A stretch of 64,000 nt of DNA. It comes from the human T2T-CHM13v2.0 reference genome, Homo sapiens. Shown here piece after piece: positions 13,591 to 27,807 of the stretch. Below the pieces are notes generated by a model. It ran no database searches, was not told where the DNA came from, and saw only the letters and a program-made list of their open reading frames with translations. Both the position numbers and the translations under genes were made by a program. Numbering within the stretch: the first letter of the stretch is position 1; every line of letters starts with the position of its first letter. The DNA is taken from the NCBI RefSeq assembly GCF_009914755.1, contig NC_060928.1; one strand, 5' to 3'.

Positions 13591-14225
13591 GTCCTTTGGT
13601 AGTTAGGAATATGCAATAAGTAGGATAAAGATGTTTGAGATGGAAGGAGGAAATAAAGAGTGTGGAGAGACATAAAAGACAATAAGAGGCTAAGAAAAGC
13701 AGTGCAGATGGAAGTAACCAGGAGTTTCAACACTTAAGAGTGAAAATTTCAGTCGTGGCATCTTGGTAGAATCAGTCTGAAAACATTATAGGACAGTGAG
13801 TAGCAACTGATGGAGATACAAGAGTAAGAAAGGAAATGATTCAAATAGGAAAGTTTTATTGCACTATAGAAATATCTCTATTGTAGTCAAAATAGCATAG
13901 TAGATTTATCTTTGTGTTTCCAGCAGTTTTGAGGTATATAATGTATACTTCCTTGAGACATGATTTTCGGTTTATTCATTAGAAATCCAAAGATTTTTAC
14001 ATCTTATCTAACTATAGAAGCAGAGGATAAATGCCTGATTATAAAAATCAGGATTATTATAGCAACCTATTTGAAAAACAATTCCCAAGTGACATAGGCT
14101 GCAAAAACCATTGAAAGATATTTCCTTGGCTTTGGTCACGGTAGATTCACATCTGGCATTTGGTCAATCACTCATTAAATATTAACTAGCTTTATTTATG
14201 CAATTTCAAGGCTCCTTTTACCCTT

Positions 14226-14712
14226 TGAAGGGTTTCAAATGTGCATGTAACAGTTGATGACATATTAACTATTTAAGTAAAAGACACTTGAAAACAGCAA
14301 GTACAAAAAATCACTTTGACCTTCATGTTGTTTTTTAAAAGCAAAGGATGAGATTCCCATGTGAAAGACATGAAAGACCCTCTTGATATGAGAAAGAAGC
14401 AACATCTTTATTTTTCAGGAAGAGAAGTCAAAAGCAAGAGAATTTTGTACAGACTTTGTTGAGATGTCTCTTATCTTTTAAGCATCCCACATAACTTAGC
14501 TGTTTCTTCATAACTTACTATTCTCTGTCCAATCCAATATATAAGTAACTGACTCAAACTGCTCTTCAGGTCTTCATTTTTTTTATGAGGGCTTTCATGC
14601 CACATAAAACTTATATTATGCTTTTCTCTTGTTAATTTTATGTTATGTCAATTCAATTCTCAGACTTAGTCAGAATTCTAAGAGGATGGAGGTAGAGTTT
14701 TTAACCCCTACA
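14226..14712 (+). mobile_element. ERV1 solo LTR (MER34 family, MER34C-like)
   Basis: TG...CA ends (tgaagggt ... cccctaca); cacttgaaaacagca, attcccatgtgaaagac, aattttgtacagac. Near-TSD cctt/tctt. Confidence 0.75.
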
Positions 14713-15219
14713 TCTTTTAATGGAAAAAATGGAAGGAAAGGGAATCTTCAAAGGATAATTAGGTTCTTTCTCACTGATCTGGAGATTGCTTATCCAATTA
14801 ACGCAAATTTCTTCTCTTTTCATTTCTCTTCACTTTAAGCATGAAATATAATAGAAATAGTGAACTAACTACAAAGAAAAGCTTTTTTGTTCTCAGCATG
14901 AAATTTCCTTCCAAATAGAATTATCCAGTTAATTTATATTAATATAAACAAGAAATCCGTACAACATTTAACATTTCCTGAGTCTGTAACTTCAGTTATT
15001 TAAAATATATAAAATAATTTTCAAAAAGCTTAACTCTAAAACTGAAGACTTTTATATACAGAAAGCTATGCGTATGTCTAGTTATAGCTAAAACATGCTG
15101 CACAGATTTGGCAACTAAATGTGCCAAAGGTTTGAAAATATTCAATGACAATGCAAAAATTAAAAATATTATTAACTTTGAGAATAATAACATGCCTCAA
15201 TGAAGTAATATAATTCTTT

Positions 15220-15590
15220 TTTTTTCAATACACATCTGAGCCTCTGTTGCATGCTAAGCATTTGTCCAAAGGGTTTCAGAGGTAAATGTGACTCCCTACC
15301 TAACCAACAAGAACTCACTTTCTAGTGAGGTAACTAATGACAAGTTAGCTATGTAATACAGTGATAAAAGTACCATCATAGGGAAAGTAGGAAGGACCTA
15401 ATTCATCCTGAGGAATGGGGCACAATCAAAGAACACTTTTTTATGGAGTCTAAAAGGATGAGTCAGCCATACACCTCAAGGTGGGTGGTGAAATGAATGA
15501 ATAAGACCCGGATAGGGAAAAGGAGGGAGATATACAAAACTGGAAGCTTTGAGGGATCCTGGCACATGAAAATGGCGAATGTTTCTATGT
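15220..15590 (-). mobile_element. L2 fragment, antisense
   Basis: ctgagcctctgttgcatgctaagcat ... aagaactcactttctagtg, an antisense L2 3' motif. Confidence 0.6.
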
Positions 15591-15622
15591 CATTGGACAA
15601 AAAGCTGTGTGTGTATAAGTAA

Positions 15623-15625
<3 letters not shown>

Positions 15626-15656
<31 letters not shown>
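15626..15656. repeat. (TG)15 microsatellite
   Basis: Direct read. Confidence 0.97.
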
Positions 15657-15659
<3 letters not shown>

Positions 15660-15668
15660 CAGGGCAGC

Positions 15669-16215
15669 TACAGGGGAAGGAAAACAATTTTTTCTTTAAC
15701 TCATAAATTCTTAGTTGGAAGGAATCTCTGTAATGAAAGACAGATAAACAAGAGAAAAGCAAGGAGAAGTTTATTTACAAGTATATTTCATATATACATG
15801 GGAGATAACGAGAGAATGAGTAATTTTCCAACAAGTGGTTTTGAATTCCAGCTTATATAGCATTGTCAACAAAGAACAGTGGATTTTTAGAGAAGTGAAA
15901 GACAAAGCAAAAGGACTTTGAGTCTCCAGGGATTGCAACTTGTGGGGAAAGACAAATAAATGGCAGATAAAGGCTATTAGTAAAGCTTGTTAATACAGAT
16001 TCCTCTGGTGCCATTGCCAGGTCCATAGTGGTCAAAAGTTGTCTGTAGTTATTAACCTTGTTTTTCCCTGGTAGGGATACCTTTTGTCTTTGTAAATCTA
16101 TATCCTGCTTTTAGGTAAATAGAGGGAGGGCAGAGAACGTTCTTGCACCTACTTTTAATTGCCTTCAGTTCAATAGTCTTTCATTTTTTGGTGTGGCATA
16201 GTCTGTTATCCCACA
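15669..16215 (-). mobile_element. ERV1 solo LTR (MER34/MER39 family)
   Basis: Reverse complement begins tgtgggataacagactatgccac and contains ctgaaggcaattaa and cctaaaagcagga. Flanked by a gcagc direct repeat (15664-15668 / 16216-16220). Confidence 0.75.
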
Positions 16216-16559
16216 GCAGCTGATGAGTTCGAATATGCAATAGTATGACACTAATGAAGGGTCTTATATGCTCTGTTAAGAATTTTAACTTTATCTTGAA
16301 TTCCATGCGGATTCAATGAAAGGTATTTCAAGAATCAGTTACTCAGGAAAAGAAGTAGTTTGAACTTTTAGAAACTGTTTGAGGTTAATCTTTTCCAGAC
16401 TAATGAATATGAGTTAGTATAGGGGTGTGTCCTACTAATTATTCTGGTGGCCATGGTTACACACAACACAGAAGACCAGATCTCCTTAGCCTACACCAGA
16501 GATTCTCATGTGAGAATTGCCTGAATATCTGCTTTAATGAATCCAAAAAGGTCTCTGTC

Positions 16560-16695
16560 TCTGAGTCCCAGCTACTTGGGAGGCTGAGGTGGGCGGATCA
16601 CTTGAGCCCGGGAGGTTGAGGCTGCCATTATTGTGCCACAGCACTCCAGCCTGGGTGACAGAGTGAGACCCTGTCTCACACAAACACACACACAA
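16560..16695 (+). mobile_element. 5'-truncated AluJ right arm (or FRAM) with CA-rich tail, in a MER5-like fragment
   Basis: cccagctacttgggaggctgaggtgggcggatcacttgagccc ... gagaccctgtctc followed by a CA-rich tail. Confidence 0.85.
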
Positions 16696-19399
16696 GTCTT
16701 TGAATATGGGCATTTTAAAAAAAACTCTAGGCGATGTTAGTGGGCAGTAAAAATGAAAGCTTCTAACTTGCTTTTGGTCATAGAAGGAAAAATAAAATAT
16801 TGGGAGGTTTATAAAGAATGGAAAAAACATCAAATTGCAGTGTTCAAGTATTTAAGATGTTTGTATCCCCTCAGAGTCTAATGCTTACTAAGTGTTTAAG
16901 GGGTTTAGAGAAAATGAATGCATTTTCAAAGAAGGTTTATGAGCTAAAGTACAACAGTTAAAGTTGGAGATGTAGTCTGTCAGTCTCCCAAGACACTCTA
17001 AGCACAGGATTCTTCAAACGTTCTATTTTTACATATATGTGCCTTTGTTCTCTAGAATAACATTTTTTAGACTACTCATATGGAAACATCTTAACTGTGT
17101 CTTGAAGCTGTATTGCTGGGTCTTTCTCAGCACCAACTTCACTTCACTTCCAGGAAAGAATAGATTGTTCCCTTTGTTTGGCCTTTCTAGCACATTTTTA
17201 TTACTCTGATAAAGCACTAACCACATTGGGTCGGCTTTTTTTGCTGGACTGTGGACTCCATACAGAGTAACTCACCTAGATTCCCCTTGTAGTGTCTAAC
17301 AGCAAATGTTTGAAAGTTGCAGGTTATGTATGCAAGGATGCGTAATGGGAAGGTGAGTGAGCAGAGATCAAAGAGGATAAAGGTTATTTAAGAAATGTTT
17401 TGCTTGACTAAAAGAATAAACAGAGGGTTGAAACAAAAGGAGCACTGATTTTTATACAATATTGATATGGAGGAAGCTCATCACACTTTTCTATCTGTGA
17501 TATTGATTTAGACTGGTCCTGGATGGAGTGAGAAAGTATATCGGCCCCATAATCCTGCTTTTCATTTGCAAAAAAGTTGTGTGGAGTACCTGGGTAAACA
17601 GGTCCTCATGGAAATTCTCAAAGCTATTTGTGATCTAGATAATTACTTGGTGGAACTCAGAATGATTCACATACACTACTAATATTTTGTGGCTTCTACT
17701 GAGTCAGAAGGTTTTTTTCTTCTAACAATTTTTTCTTTTTCCTTTTTGACATCAGACATTGGGAATCACAGACAAGCAAGAAAGGGAAAACTCAAATACG
17801 TCTTGTACTGCTTTGGATAGGAATAACAAAAGACAAAAACAAAACAATACCACTATTTTTGGTATATTGTTCCATTTATATGCCTGAAAATATATGTTCA
17901 GACTTGGTTTCTAATCACATCCATGGAAGTAGGGCCCTTCATGTCATATCCACACCTATTGATGTGGATAATTTGGGTAAGCTTGTTTTCAGCATTGTCT
18001 TTGATTTTTAAAATATAATTTCTTGCTGGAACTACAAGTATCAAATCAAATCTATTCTTTCTTTTTCCCTAATATATGTTCTGATTATGTTAGGCAAGAA
18101 GTAAGACTAGTCTATCTTCTTTACGATATCAGCACCTCTATCATTTGAAGATGATTTTTGAAATGATACAAAATCTGCATGCTATGCTGTTTGTAATGTG
18201 CTAGAGGTGAACAAGCCTCTGGGTTATAAAATATTTGCTTAAAATGGAAGACTTACAAACCGGATGCTTGCGATTCAAAATACACAAACCTAAGATGTAG
18301 GATATTATTAAACCTAAGTCTTCAGATTTCATTTTCTATAAAGTCACAGTATTATTAAGGATTAAGTAAAATTGAATAAAAGGTTGGCTTTCTTTTTTGT
18401 TCCTCTTTCCAGCTTATCTGATTTAAAAATGAAGTTAAGATGTCAAAGCCACTGTTGGAATAGCATGAGGAGTGCGATTTGATTCTGTGCATCGATAGAC
18501 TCTGCAACCACGGAGTAGTCTTTTAACCTTTTTGAAATTCGCATGCACTATGTCAAAAAGGGCTTTATTACCAGGTTAATAAGATCATGTCTGTAGAGTA
18601 TTTTAAGCTCTTTTATTCTGAGAATGATAAGCAAATGTGAGGTTTTATTATCATTATCATTATCATTGGCTTCAAAGGGAATTTGGTTTTCATAGCTCAG
18701 TGGGGTGAAAAGAAAGATAAGAACCTGGCTGGTGGTGTTCAAATAAATGTCAGGGTTAAGAACTCAAGGAGAAGCTGAGAAGAGACAGAGGAAGAAAAAC
18801 CTTGTTTCATTGGTACATTAGTTGAGAGCCAGCTGGAGCAAGATTGAATCTTAAATAAACTATCAGGGCAAAATATACATACTACACAATCATACTCTCT
18901 GTCTCTCTCTCTCTCCCACCCACACATATACATGCACAAACACGATCTTTTAAATTCATTTCTCTATTATTCGATCTAATATATTACTCATTCCTCAGTG
19001 TTAAATTCAAAAGATAAGGATAAGCAAAATTACTGTAATTGTATTTCTGACTGCTTCTCTTAATGGATGTGTTAATGGAATTTCCTTACATGTTTAATGT
19101 TGCATATATTAATGAAAAATATAGCAGACCACTTCTGTTAGATTAGACCAAAACAGCTATTTAGCCCTAAGAAGTAACGTAAGTAATTTCCCAGTTTGAA
19201 AAGGATGGTAATATTGAGAGGAAAAACCTTAACATTTTATGGTGGTTGTAATCCTATTGTGAAATCAAAAGTGACATTTTAACATAATTTAACATTTGCA
19301 TTTTTTTAGCTCAGCTGAGAGCCAAAAAAAAAACAACAACTGCTTCATATATCTAATACTGCTCATTGAAATGTAAATCACAGTAAATGACCCGTATAG

Positions 19400-19447
19400 G
19401 AATAAATGGACAAACAGCAGAATAAATGGACAAACAGCAGAATAAAT
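19400..19447. repeat. Perfect 20-bp tandem duplication (2.4 copies)
   Basis: gaataaatggacaaacagca x2 + gaataaat. Confidence 0.95.
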
Positions 19448-20780
19448 AAAAATGTATTACCTTTATACAGCCGTTTGTCTTCTGATAGCATGAGTAAAGC
19501 TTAAGTCAGATACAATTAAATGGACTGAAGCTTTAACAATGACTTTTGAACTGCTTGATTTAACAAACTCAATCCTCATAAATTAAACTATCAGTGATCT
19601 ATGATACAATTAAGTTCCATAATCAAAAAATGCTACAGTGCATGCAGTGTCACTTGCACTATTCCTAACGCTGAATTTTAACTACTCCTGGCTACCTCTT
19701 CCTGCAGGGTTGTGTAAAACTCCATCTGGCACACTAGACACTAACATTATGATACATGGTTTCTTTTCTATTCTTCAATTTAGGCTGACATCTGGTGGTC
19801 CAGGGGAACAACAAGCAATGCCTCCGAATGTAAACCGATTCACAAATGCGGCTTTTTTTCCCAGTTTTCCCTTTGTCTTTTTGAAGTGCTTGAAATTGCC
19901 ACCAAACCAGTTAATTACATGGAAATTCACATAGAATAACAATTTAAACAGCAGAACAATAAGGGTGAAGAAAGTGACCTTCACGTGATGAATTATATAC
20001 ATGTAAGTATATTGAACTCAGCGGTGACTACAAAGCATCAATAGAAAGCACCATATATTGGCCAATTAGACTCACTCAGAAAGGGTACTATTTAATGGCA
20101 CCACACTGGGGATCATAATGGGAATGTGGTACATGTAAGATTTCCTTCTTTCTTTCTCCCTGTCAAGATAGTTGGAGGGAAGGAAATGAAGGGAATGAGG
20201 GGGAGGGGTAGAGGGAGCTACTGTGTATAGTGAGAAATTGACGTTTAAACAGGCATGAGGTAGTATTCAAAAGCATTTATCTTTTATTTTTCTTTGGGAA
20301 GAAGCAGACACTTCCAGCAGTTAGCAGCAGTCCAGATGGCAAACACAGTGGGCAGAAGCAGGAACAATTCAACTCTCCCCATGCTTGGGATTTAAAAAAA
20401 CAACAACAAAAAAACCTCTCAAATACCTCCAATTAATTTACTATGGTATATGCCACTAATTACCAAATCACAGAGGAACAGAGTGATACACTGTCAGCCT
20501 TATGATGTTCATGTTATTTGTACAATTTATCCGTACAGAAAAAGGAAAAAGCACCTCTGATTTTTCTCACATTCATCACTTAGCTACACCATTCTATAAT
20601 ATTTTGACCAATGAAGAGTCTTAATAAATGGGCATTTTGTGTTCATTTTTTGTTTTTTCATATCTTTTGCAATGATTGGAAATAGCATAAGAAATACATG
20701 TAATGCTTAGATTGACTTTGATCTATATTTATGAAAGGTTCTGTACTGACAGAATTATGGGTAAAGTTCCCCATTGTGGG

Positions 20781-20782
<2 letters not shown>

Positions 20783-20810
<28 letters not shown>
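20783..20810. repeat. (AC)14 microsatellite
   Basis: Direct read. Confidence 0.97.
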
Positions 20811-20813
<3 letters not shown>

Positions 20814-21545
20814 GACGAAACAAAAAAAACAAACAAGCAAACAAAGTCTTTAACCTTGTCCAACAAAGACCGTTCTGAATGTTTGGGCTGGTCTCTGTTT
20901 CCACTTCACCTTGTGACTCTGAAAAGGTTATTGGAAGGAGTGCCAATTATGTTGGTGCTTTTGAAATATGGCCAAATCCTCTAGGAGGTGGACTCAAGCT
21001 GCCAATACCTAATCTCATAAAGGTCACTCAAAAGTTCAAATGAAATTGCTTTTAGTTACTATAAAACTTACCTGAGTTGAAATGATTTTACTAAAGGAAA
21101 AATATTTCCACCTGCTCTTACCAGTCCTTTCTTCTTAGAGTTTAATCATTAGCCATAAGTTTCTCAAGAAAGAGGAATTATTTTAAATAAACTTAACAAC
21201 TATCATATAAACTTTTAAAGAAGGAGAAGAATGAATATATGTTCTGTAAGAAAATTACATGCCCAGAATGTCTACAACAAGCCATCCACAAGAAAGGTAG
21301 TGGCATTCTGCTAGACTTCATGTGACTATTATATTTATTAAGGAATAAGGCAGAGGAAAAATTGTACTGTGATTTTAGAAGTACTCAAAAAGTCTTTCTC
21401 TCACAAACATCTTACATTGATTGTTAATGAATAGCTCTCAAAATTATACATTAGTTCTCTTGGCTTTGGGCTTTGTGGCCTCCCAGCATATAAATATTTT
21501 TCCAAGCAATAACTTTTAGAATTATGAGTTTCATTTTTATGAGTC

Positions 21546-21840
21546 TTTTTTTTTCCCCCCCGAGACAGAGTCCCGCTTTGTCACCCAGGCTGCAGTGCAG
21601 TGGTGTGATCTTGGCTCACTGCAACCTCCACTCCCAGGGTCAAGTGATTCTCCTGTCTCAGCCTCCCAAGTAGCTGGGACTACAGGCATGCACCACCATG
21701 CCAGCCTAATTTTTGTATTTTTAGTAGAGACAGGGTTTCACTATGTTGGCCAGGCTGGTCTTGAACTCCTGACCTCGTGATCCACCTGCCTCGTCCTCCC
21801 AAAGTGCTGGGACTACAGGCTTGAGCCACTGTGCCCGGCC
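21546..21840 (-). mobile_element. Alu SINE (AluS, AluSg-like)
   Basis: Reverse Alu dimer ending gtgcccggcc at 21840. Confidence 0.95.
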
Positions 21841-21849
21841 ACAAGTTAA

Positions 21850-22130
<281 letters not shown>

Positions 22131-22594
22131 TCGTGAGTCAATTTTTTTAGGAATTTTATTTCATATATGTAACATCTATTTCTTCTAGCTATCCTGATCT
22201 TGGTATAAAATGGTGGCATGTTAAGAATAATTAAAACTATTTCTTTGCAAACTATTAATATAGTATTTTTATCTTTTTTAAAGATTTTGCCACATATTAG
22301 GCAGAGTCCTAAAAGAAAAGCATGTTGTATGTAATTGTGTAAGTCCCCTATTCTGAGATCTCCATTTCTGAGTAACTCACATAAAACTTCCCCATCAGTT
22401 CTACCAGTACCACTTCCCACTGCCACTTCTACTACCATCACTATCACCACTGCTCCTTGGCTGCTGCTGCTGACGTGGCTGGTGCCAACAAAACCACAAA
22501 TTATAGCCCTAGACCTCCTGTCAAGAACACTTGATGGTTTGGTTTTGGCATTGAAGCACAAAGGCAAAATGCCTCTTTCAGATTCAGACTGAGA

Positions 22595-22670
22595 TTTCCT
22601 TCCTTCCTCTCCATGTTCCTTCCTTTCTTCCTTCCTTTCCTCATCCTTTCTTTTCCTTTCTTTCTTCTTT
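22595..22670. repeat. CT-rich low-complexity tract
   Basis: ttccttccttcctct...ctttctttcttcttt. Confidence 0.85.
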
Positions 22671-24379
22671 ATCAAGAAAACTGTAGCTCAGATAACATGT
22701 GTAGACATTAAGCTACTGACATAGGATGAAAATACAGTTACCACGGAATTTTGCGATATGGTACCAAGCTTTTAAAAAATATAGAACACACTCAGAAGGA
22801 AGCAGAGTTCTATAAAAGATTGAACACCGAGCCAAGAATGAATCTTTTCCTTTCTAGGAGAGTGGAGCTAGATTATTTTTAAATACTTGGATTTCTTAAT
22901 TGGTGCTAGTTTTTGTTGGGTGATACCCTGCTAATCCTATTCTAGAATCTAGAACTATACGGACCCATTTTTGAAGCTTATAAACAGGCAATAGCACAAT
23001 AAAATACACAGTAGGCAAAATGTGGAAATAAAATATAATAATATACAGTTATGTTTACATATATGAATTATATTAGTGTCCTTCTTATTTTTCTCAAGTC
23101 TTATACGAACCATGGTTTACAGATGGTACCAGTAGTAGAATACTGGGAAAGGAAAGGGAGAGAGGGAATCACTGAATCTAGTACAGGCTTTATTTTTTCA
23201 CATTGTTCCCCCAAATCCTCTTGAGATTATGGGAAGGAGAAGACAATATAACCAGTTTTATTCAATAGAACTATTGTTGAAATAGCTTCATTACTTTCTA
23301 CAATAAGATACGGAAGTCTTGTCCATACTACATGTATATCACTTTGCTGTAGATAAAAAAAGTAATAAAAATATAACTAGTAATATGAAATATGTTAATG
23401 CAAAGTAGGAGATTTATTGTGGATAATACATTTTAAGTTAGATTTTATGTGAAAACACAGGGAATGTGTTTAAACATTAAAGAGCATCTATAATTTGTAC
23501 ATTTATTACTGTATTGAATGCTATTATTTTAAAATACCTATCTTTTTTATGCAACAGGGCCCTTTAACAAACAAAATTCAGTCTGGTATTAATGCATAGG
23601 TATTAGGGATCCATTTCAGCAATCTTCGGGGACTTTCTGTAGCTCTAGCAATTGCACCTACTATATGTTTTCAATTTTAAAATATTGTAAGGGGATCCTG
23701 ATTTGGGGCCAAGGCTACTGTGCCAGTCTATGTCTGGATGTCATGCACCCACGGTGGTTCATCATAGCAAGCAGGTTCCATTTCCAGATGGTTAGCTTGA
23801 GTAGACGAGGAGATTAGATGTCTCTGTTGTCAGACAGCCAAGAATTCCTGGGATGGTCCAATATTTGCATTCCAAAAAAGCAATAGCTGGATGAAGGCGG
23901 CTCTCATAGCTGCTGAAATTTCCTTTGTACAAAGGGAGCAATTGCTCTCCTTTGTTGAGAGAGGCTGGGTTTTTTGTTATTGTTGCTTTATTTTTTTACC
24001 TGCATAGTCACAGCCAAGATCAAAATGGTTTGCATTTGTTTATCTCCTTTGAGAGCCAGTGCTTTTTTCTGCCCAGCTGTCTGTAGTTCCAGAAGCCATT
24101 ATGCAGGAAGTGACAAAAGCCAAGTCGTAGTTTCCTCAATTCATTCCTCAATAACTTTTCCTTCTATTCTTTCTCATTCCTACATGTCCACATGGCCTCA
24201 TTACAGGAGCGAGAACTCAGAAAGTGAGTCAGACAAAGGCAGATTGAGGTTTCCCAAATGTAGCAGCTGAACAGCAGCAATTAAGCTTGCCTTAAATGTA
24301 AGTGGCACAGTTTGAAAAACATAAGTGATTTACTTTCTTTCCTTTCTCATGTATGTGACCTGGAATTTTCATATCTCTG

Positions 24380-25090
24380 GAACTTATCTCCAGGTACTGA
24401 TAAAAAGATGACTAAGAAATTATCCCACCAATACTATCTGATGAGACAATGCTTCAATAGAAGTATACAAGGTACTAAAAATGGAAAAGGATGTACCCGC
24501 CTAGGCAAGAGAAGGGAACCAATGGACGTGAGATTTGAGGAATAAGTGTCTGTAGCAGGTGGAGAAAGCAGCACAGTGTTTCAGAAGAATGAGTGAAACA
24601 GCACAACCTGAGGAAGTAGTGGGAGAAGAATCCAGAGTGGCAGGCAAAGACAGAATCTGGGGTCTGGGTATGATTGCGTATATAATTGAAGCTATATTCT
24701 AGAGCTTTGAGAAACTGCTGATAGATTGTAAGCAAGCAAATAGTATGATCAGATTTTCAGTAACTCGGAAGATGAGTTTAAATGCTGAGGATTGAGAAAC
24801 AGGATTGATGCAAAGAGCTGGTTGAGATGGAGAAAGGCTGGTAAGAGTGGAATAGAAAGGCCACAGATGTGAAGGATCTAGGGATGAATATACACATGTT
24901 TAGGGGTGAGATTTTCTTTTGAAGAACATCCATGAACATAGTACCAGATATATGTATTGTATCTGTTACATATCAAATTGTAGAAATTGAAGAAATATTG
25001 CACCAGACAAGTAAGTTCAAGAGTCAGAATAGGAATGTAGGACTTGCTCAAGGAAGAGAAGGGATATTTGAGGTAAGCCTGTGGAAACAG
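24380..25090 (-). mobile_element. L2 fragment, antisense
   Basis: Purine-rich L2 motifs (tgtaagcaagcaaatagtatgatcagatt, gagatttgaggaataag). Confidence 0.6.
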
Positions 25091-26039
25091 AGCAGTAAGA
25101 GGGCATCAAATATACTGCAGTGTGCAGAGAAACTCAAGTGTGAAGGGTATTTACTTCCCAGTTGCTCAGTTGCATTGCGGTGCTAACAATTTATCAGATG
25201 ATAGCAGCTACCTTTCCATTATTTAAGTTTTAATGTTAACTGTAGTAGTCCTTGATTCACTTTATTGTGGCTCTTTTATGACAATTGAGAAAATGAAAGT
25301 AGTTCTTATTAAGGCCTTTTTTTGTCCACTAAAATTGAGTGACTAGCATTATTCTGGAGGTTTATAAAGACAGCATCAATAGTCTTAATTTTGTTTTTCT
25401 TGAGTATTTAGCCAATGAATAATTTTAATTATAATTTTCATAAAAAATACACAGATAAATTATTGATGAGAATGCAAAATGCACATAAAACATAGGACTT
25501 GGAATTAATCTAATGTGAGAGGTCAGTTCTCATATGTTTATCCTTCTCTATGTGAGATACATCAGTGAAGTATTTTGAATATACTGCATTAAGACATTTT
25601 TAAAATAATAAATGGTCTTTAGTTTCTAACTGAAAATGAAAATATTTGGATGTATTCATGGCTGATCAAAAGAGTGAAAGGAGTAAATAATGTGCTATTT
25701 TTTGTCTTATTCCAGTATCCCTAATGGAACTCAGCCAATAATTCCCCATCATCTTTCTCATAAACAAATGTATTCTTGGTGGCATTGGTAGGCAAGAAGA
25801 AAAGTTGGCTTTTGGATTAAGGTTAAAGTGGGTTGGACATTGTGGTGACAGCTTTCTCTCTTTATCCAGTGAATTTATCTCTGCCCACAAACTCCCATCA
25901 TTTGAGGTTTTGTTTGGTTTAAAATAAGAAGATAACTTTCTTAATTTGATACTTGATTTCCATTTCAACAATGCTATCACATTGTAACCTAGTGGCAGAA
26001 CTGACAATATTTGCACATAATGAGCAAGAAAGCTTGTTT

Positions 26040-26270
26040 TCACTTCCAAAACTATGCTTGCAGTTCAGGGACCTCATTAATGCTTGTCTTACTTACTACA
26101 ATAACCTTCTGACTGGTCTCTTTGCCTTTAATCTCCCTGACTTGAATTCATTGTTCTTCTTGATTAATTTTCTTTTTGTACCATTCTACTCTGACCACTA
26201 CCCTTCTCAAAAAACTTTAACGACTCTCGATTCTCCACTTCAAAACGTATTTTAAATTCTTTAGATCAAT
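26040..26270 (+). mobile_element. L2 fragment
   Basis: ttactacaataaccttctgactggtctct is an L2 core motif. Confidence 0.65.
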
Positions 26271-26439
26271 TATTGTAGTACTTTTGGTTCCTGTACCAAA
26301 AAATCTTATTGAACCTGATGACAGTTATGGACACTCTCCCAGTAAATTGCAATTATGTTAAAACTTACATCAAAGTTTCAAAAAATGTCCAGCTAATTCA
26401 CAGACACTCTGAAACACATAGGGAAAAACACCTCCATAT

Positions 26440-27290
<851 letters not shown>

Positions 27291-27424
27291 TCAAATTTCT
27301 TCCCAGTCTGGTTTTAACCAACTTTCATTTTAACTATGACCACTCTCCAAACCATATAACATGATTTTAGTTGATCCCCAAAGCAATGTAAAATGTAACT
27401 ACCAGTATACACGAATCTCATATG

Positions 27425-27720
27425 TTCATATGGCTAGCTCACTTCCTTCAGGTTTTTTTCTCAAAAACTACTTTCTCAATGAGAGTTTTCCTGGTGGACA
27501 TATTTAATTTCTCAACTGCCCTTCATCATTTTATATCCTACTTCTCTGATATCTGTTTCCTCCTTAGCACCCATCACTCTCTCCCATACTATGTATTTTA
27601 CTTATTTATCTCTATTCTTTACTTCCTTATATTAGAATATAAGTCAAATGAGGGTAGGAATTTTTATGTGTTTAATTTACTACTCTATCCTAGGCATCAA
27701 GAAGTGTCTGATATGTATTT
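27425..27720 (+). mobile_element. L2a 3' end
   Basis: ctccttagcacccatcact, tagaatataagtcaaatgagggtaggaa, tatcctaggcatcaagaagtgtctg. Confidence 0.75.
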
Positions 27721-27807
27721 TAAAAAGATATATAAAATAAAATACACACATATATTTATTAAGGTAGGTATTTAGATGTGTAATTTAAAAATATCTTTCT
27801 TTCTGAG

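Noticed and set aside
18625-18720. (TTATCA)3 GATA-like cluster
   Set aside because: A short simple repeat in AT-rich DNA that cannot be distinguished from chance without chromatin data.
19638-20002. Overlapping 98-aa and 75-aa ORFs in unique DNA
   Set aside because: No recognisable domain or supporting exon structure; better explained as non-coding, possibly regulatory, DNA.
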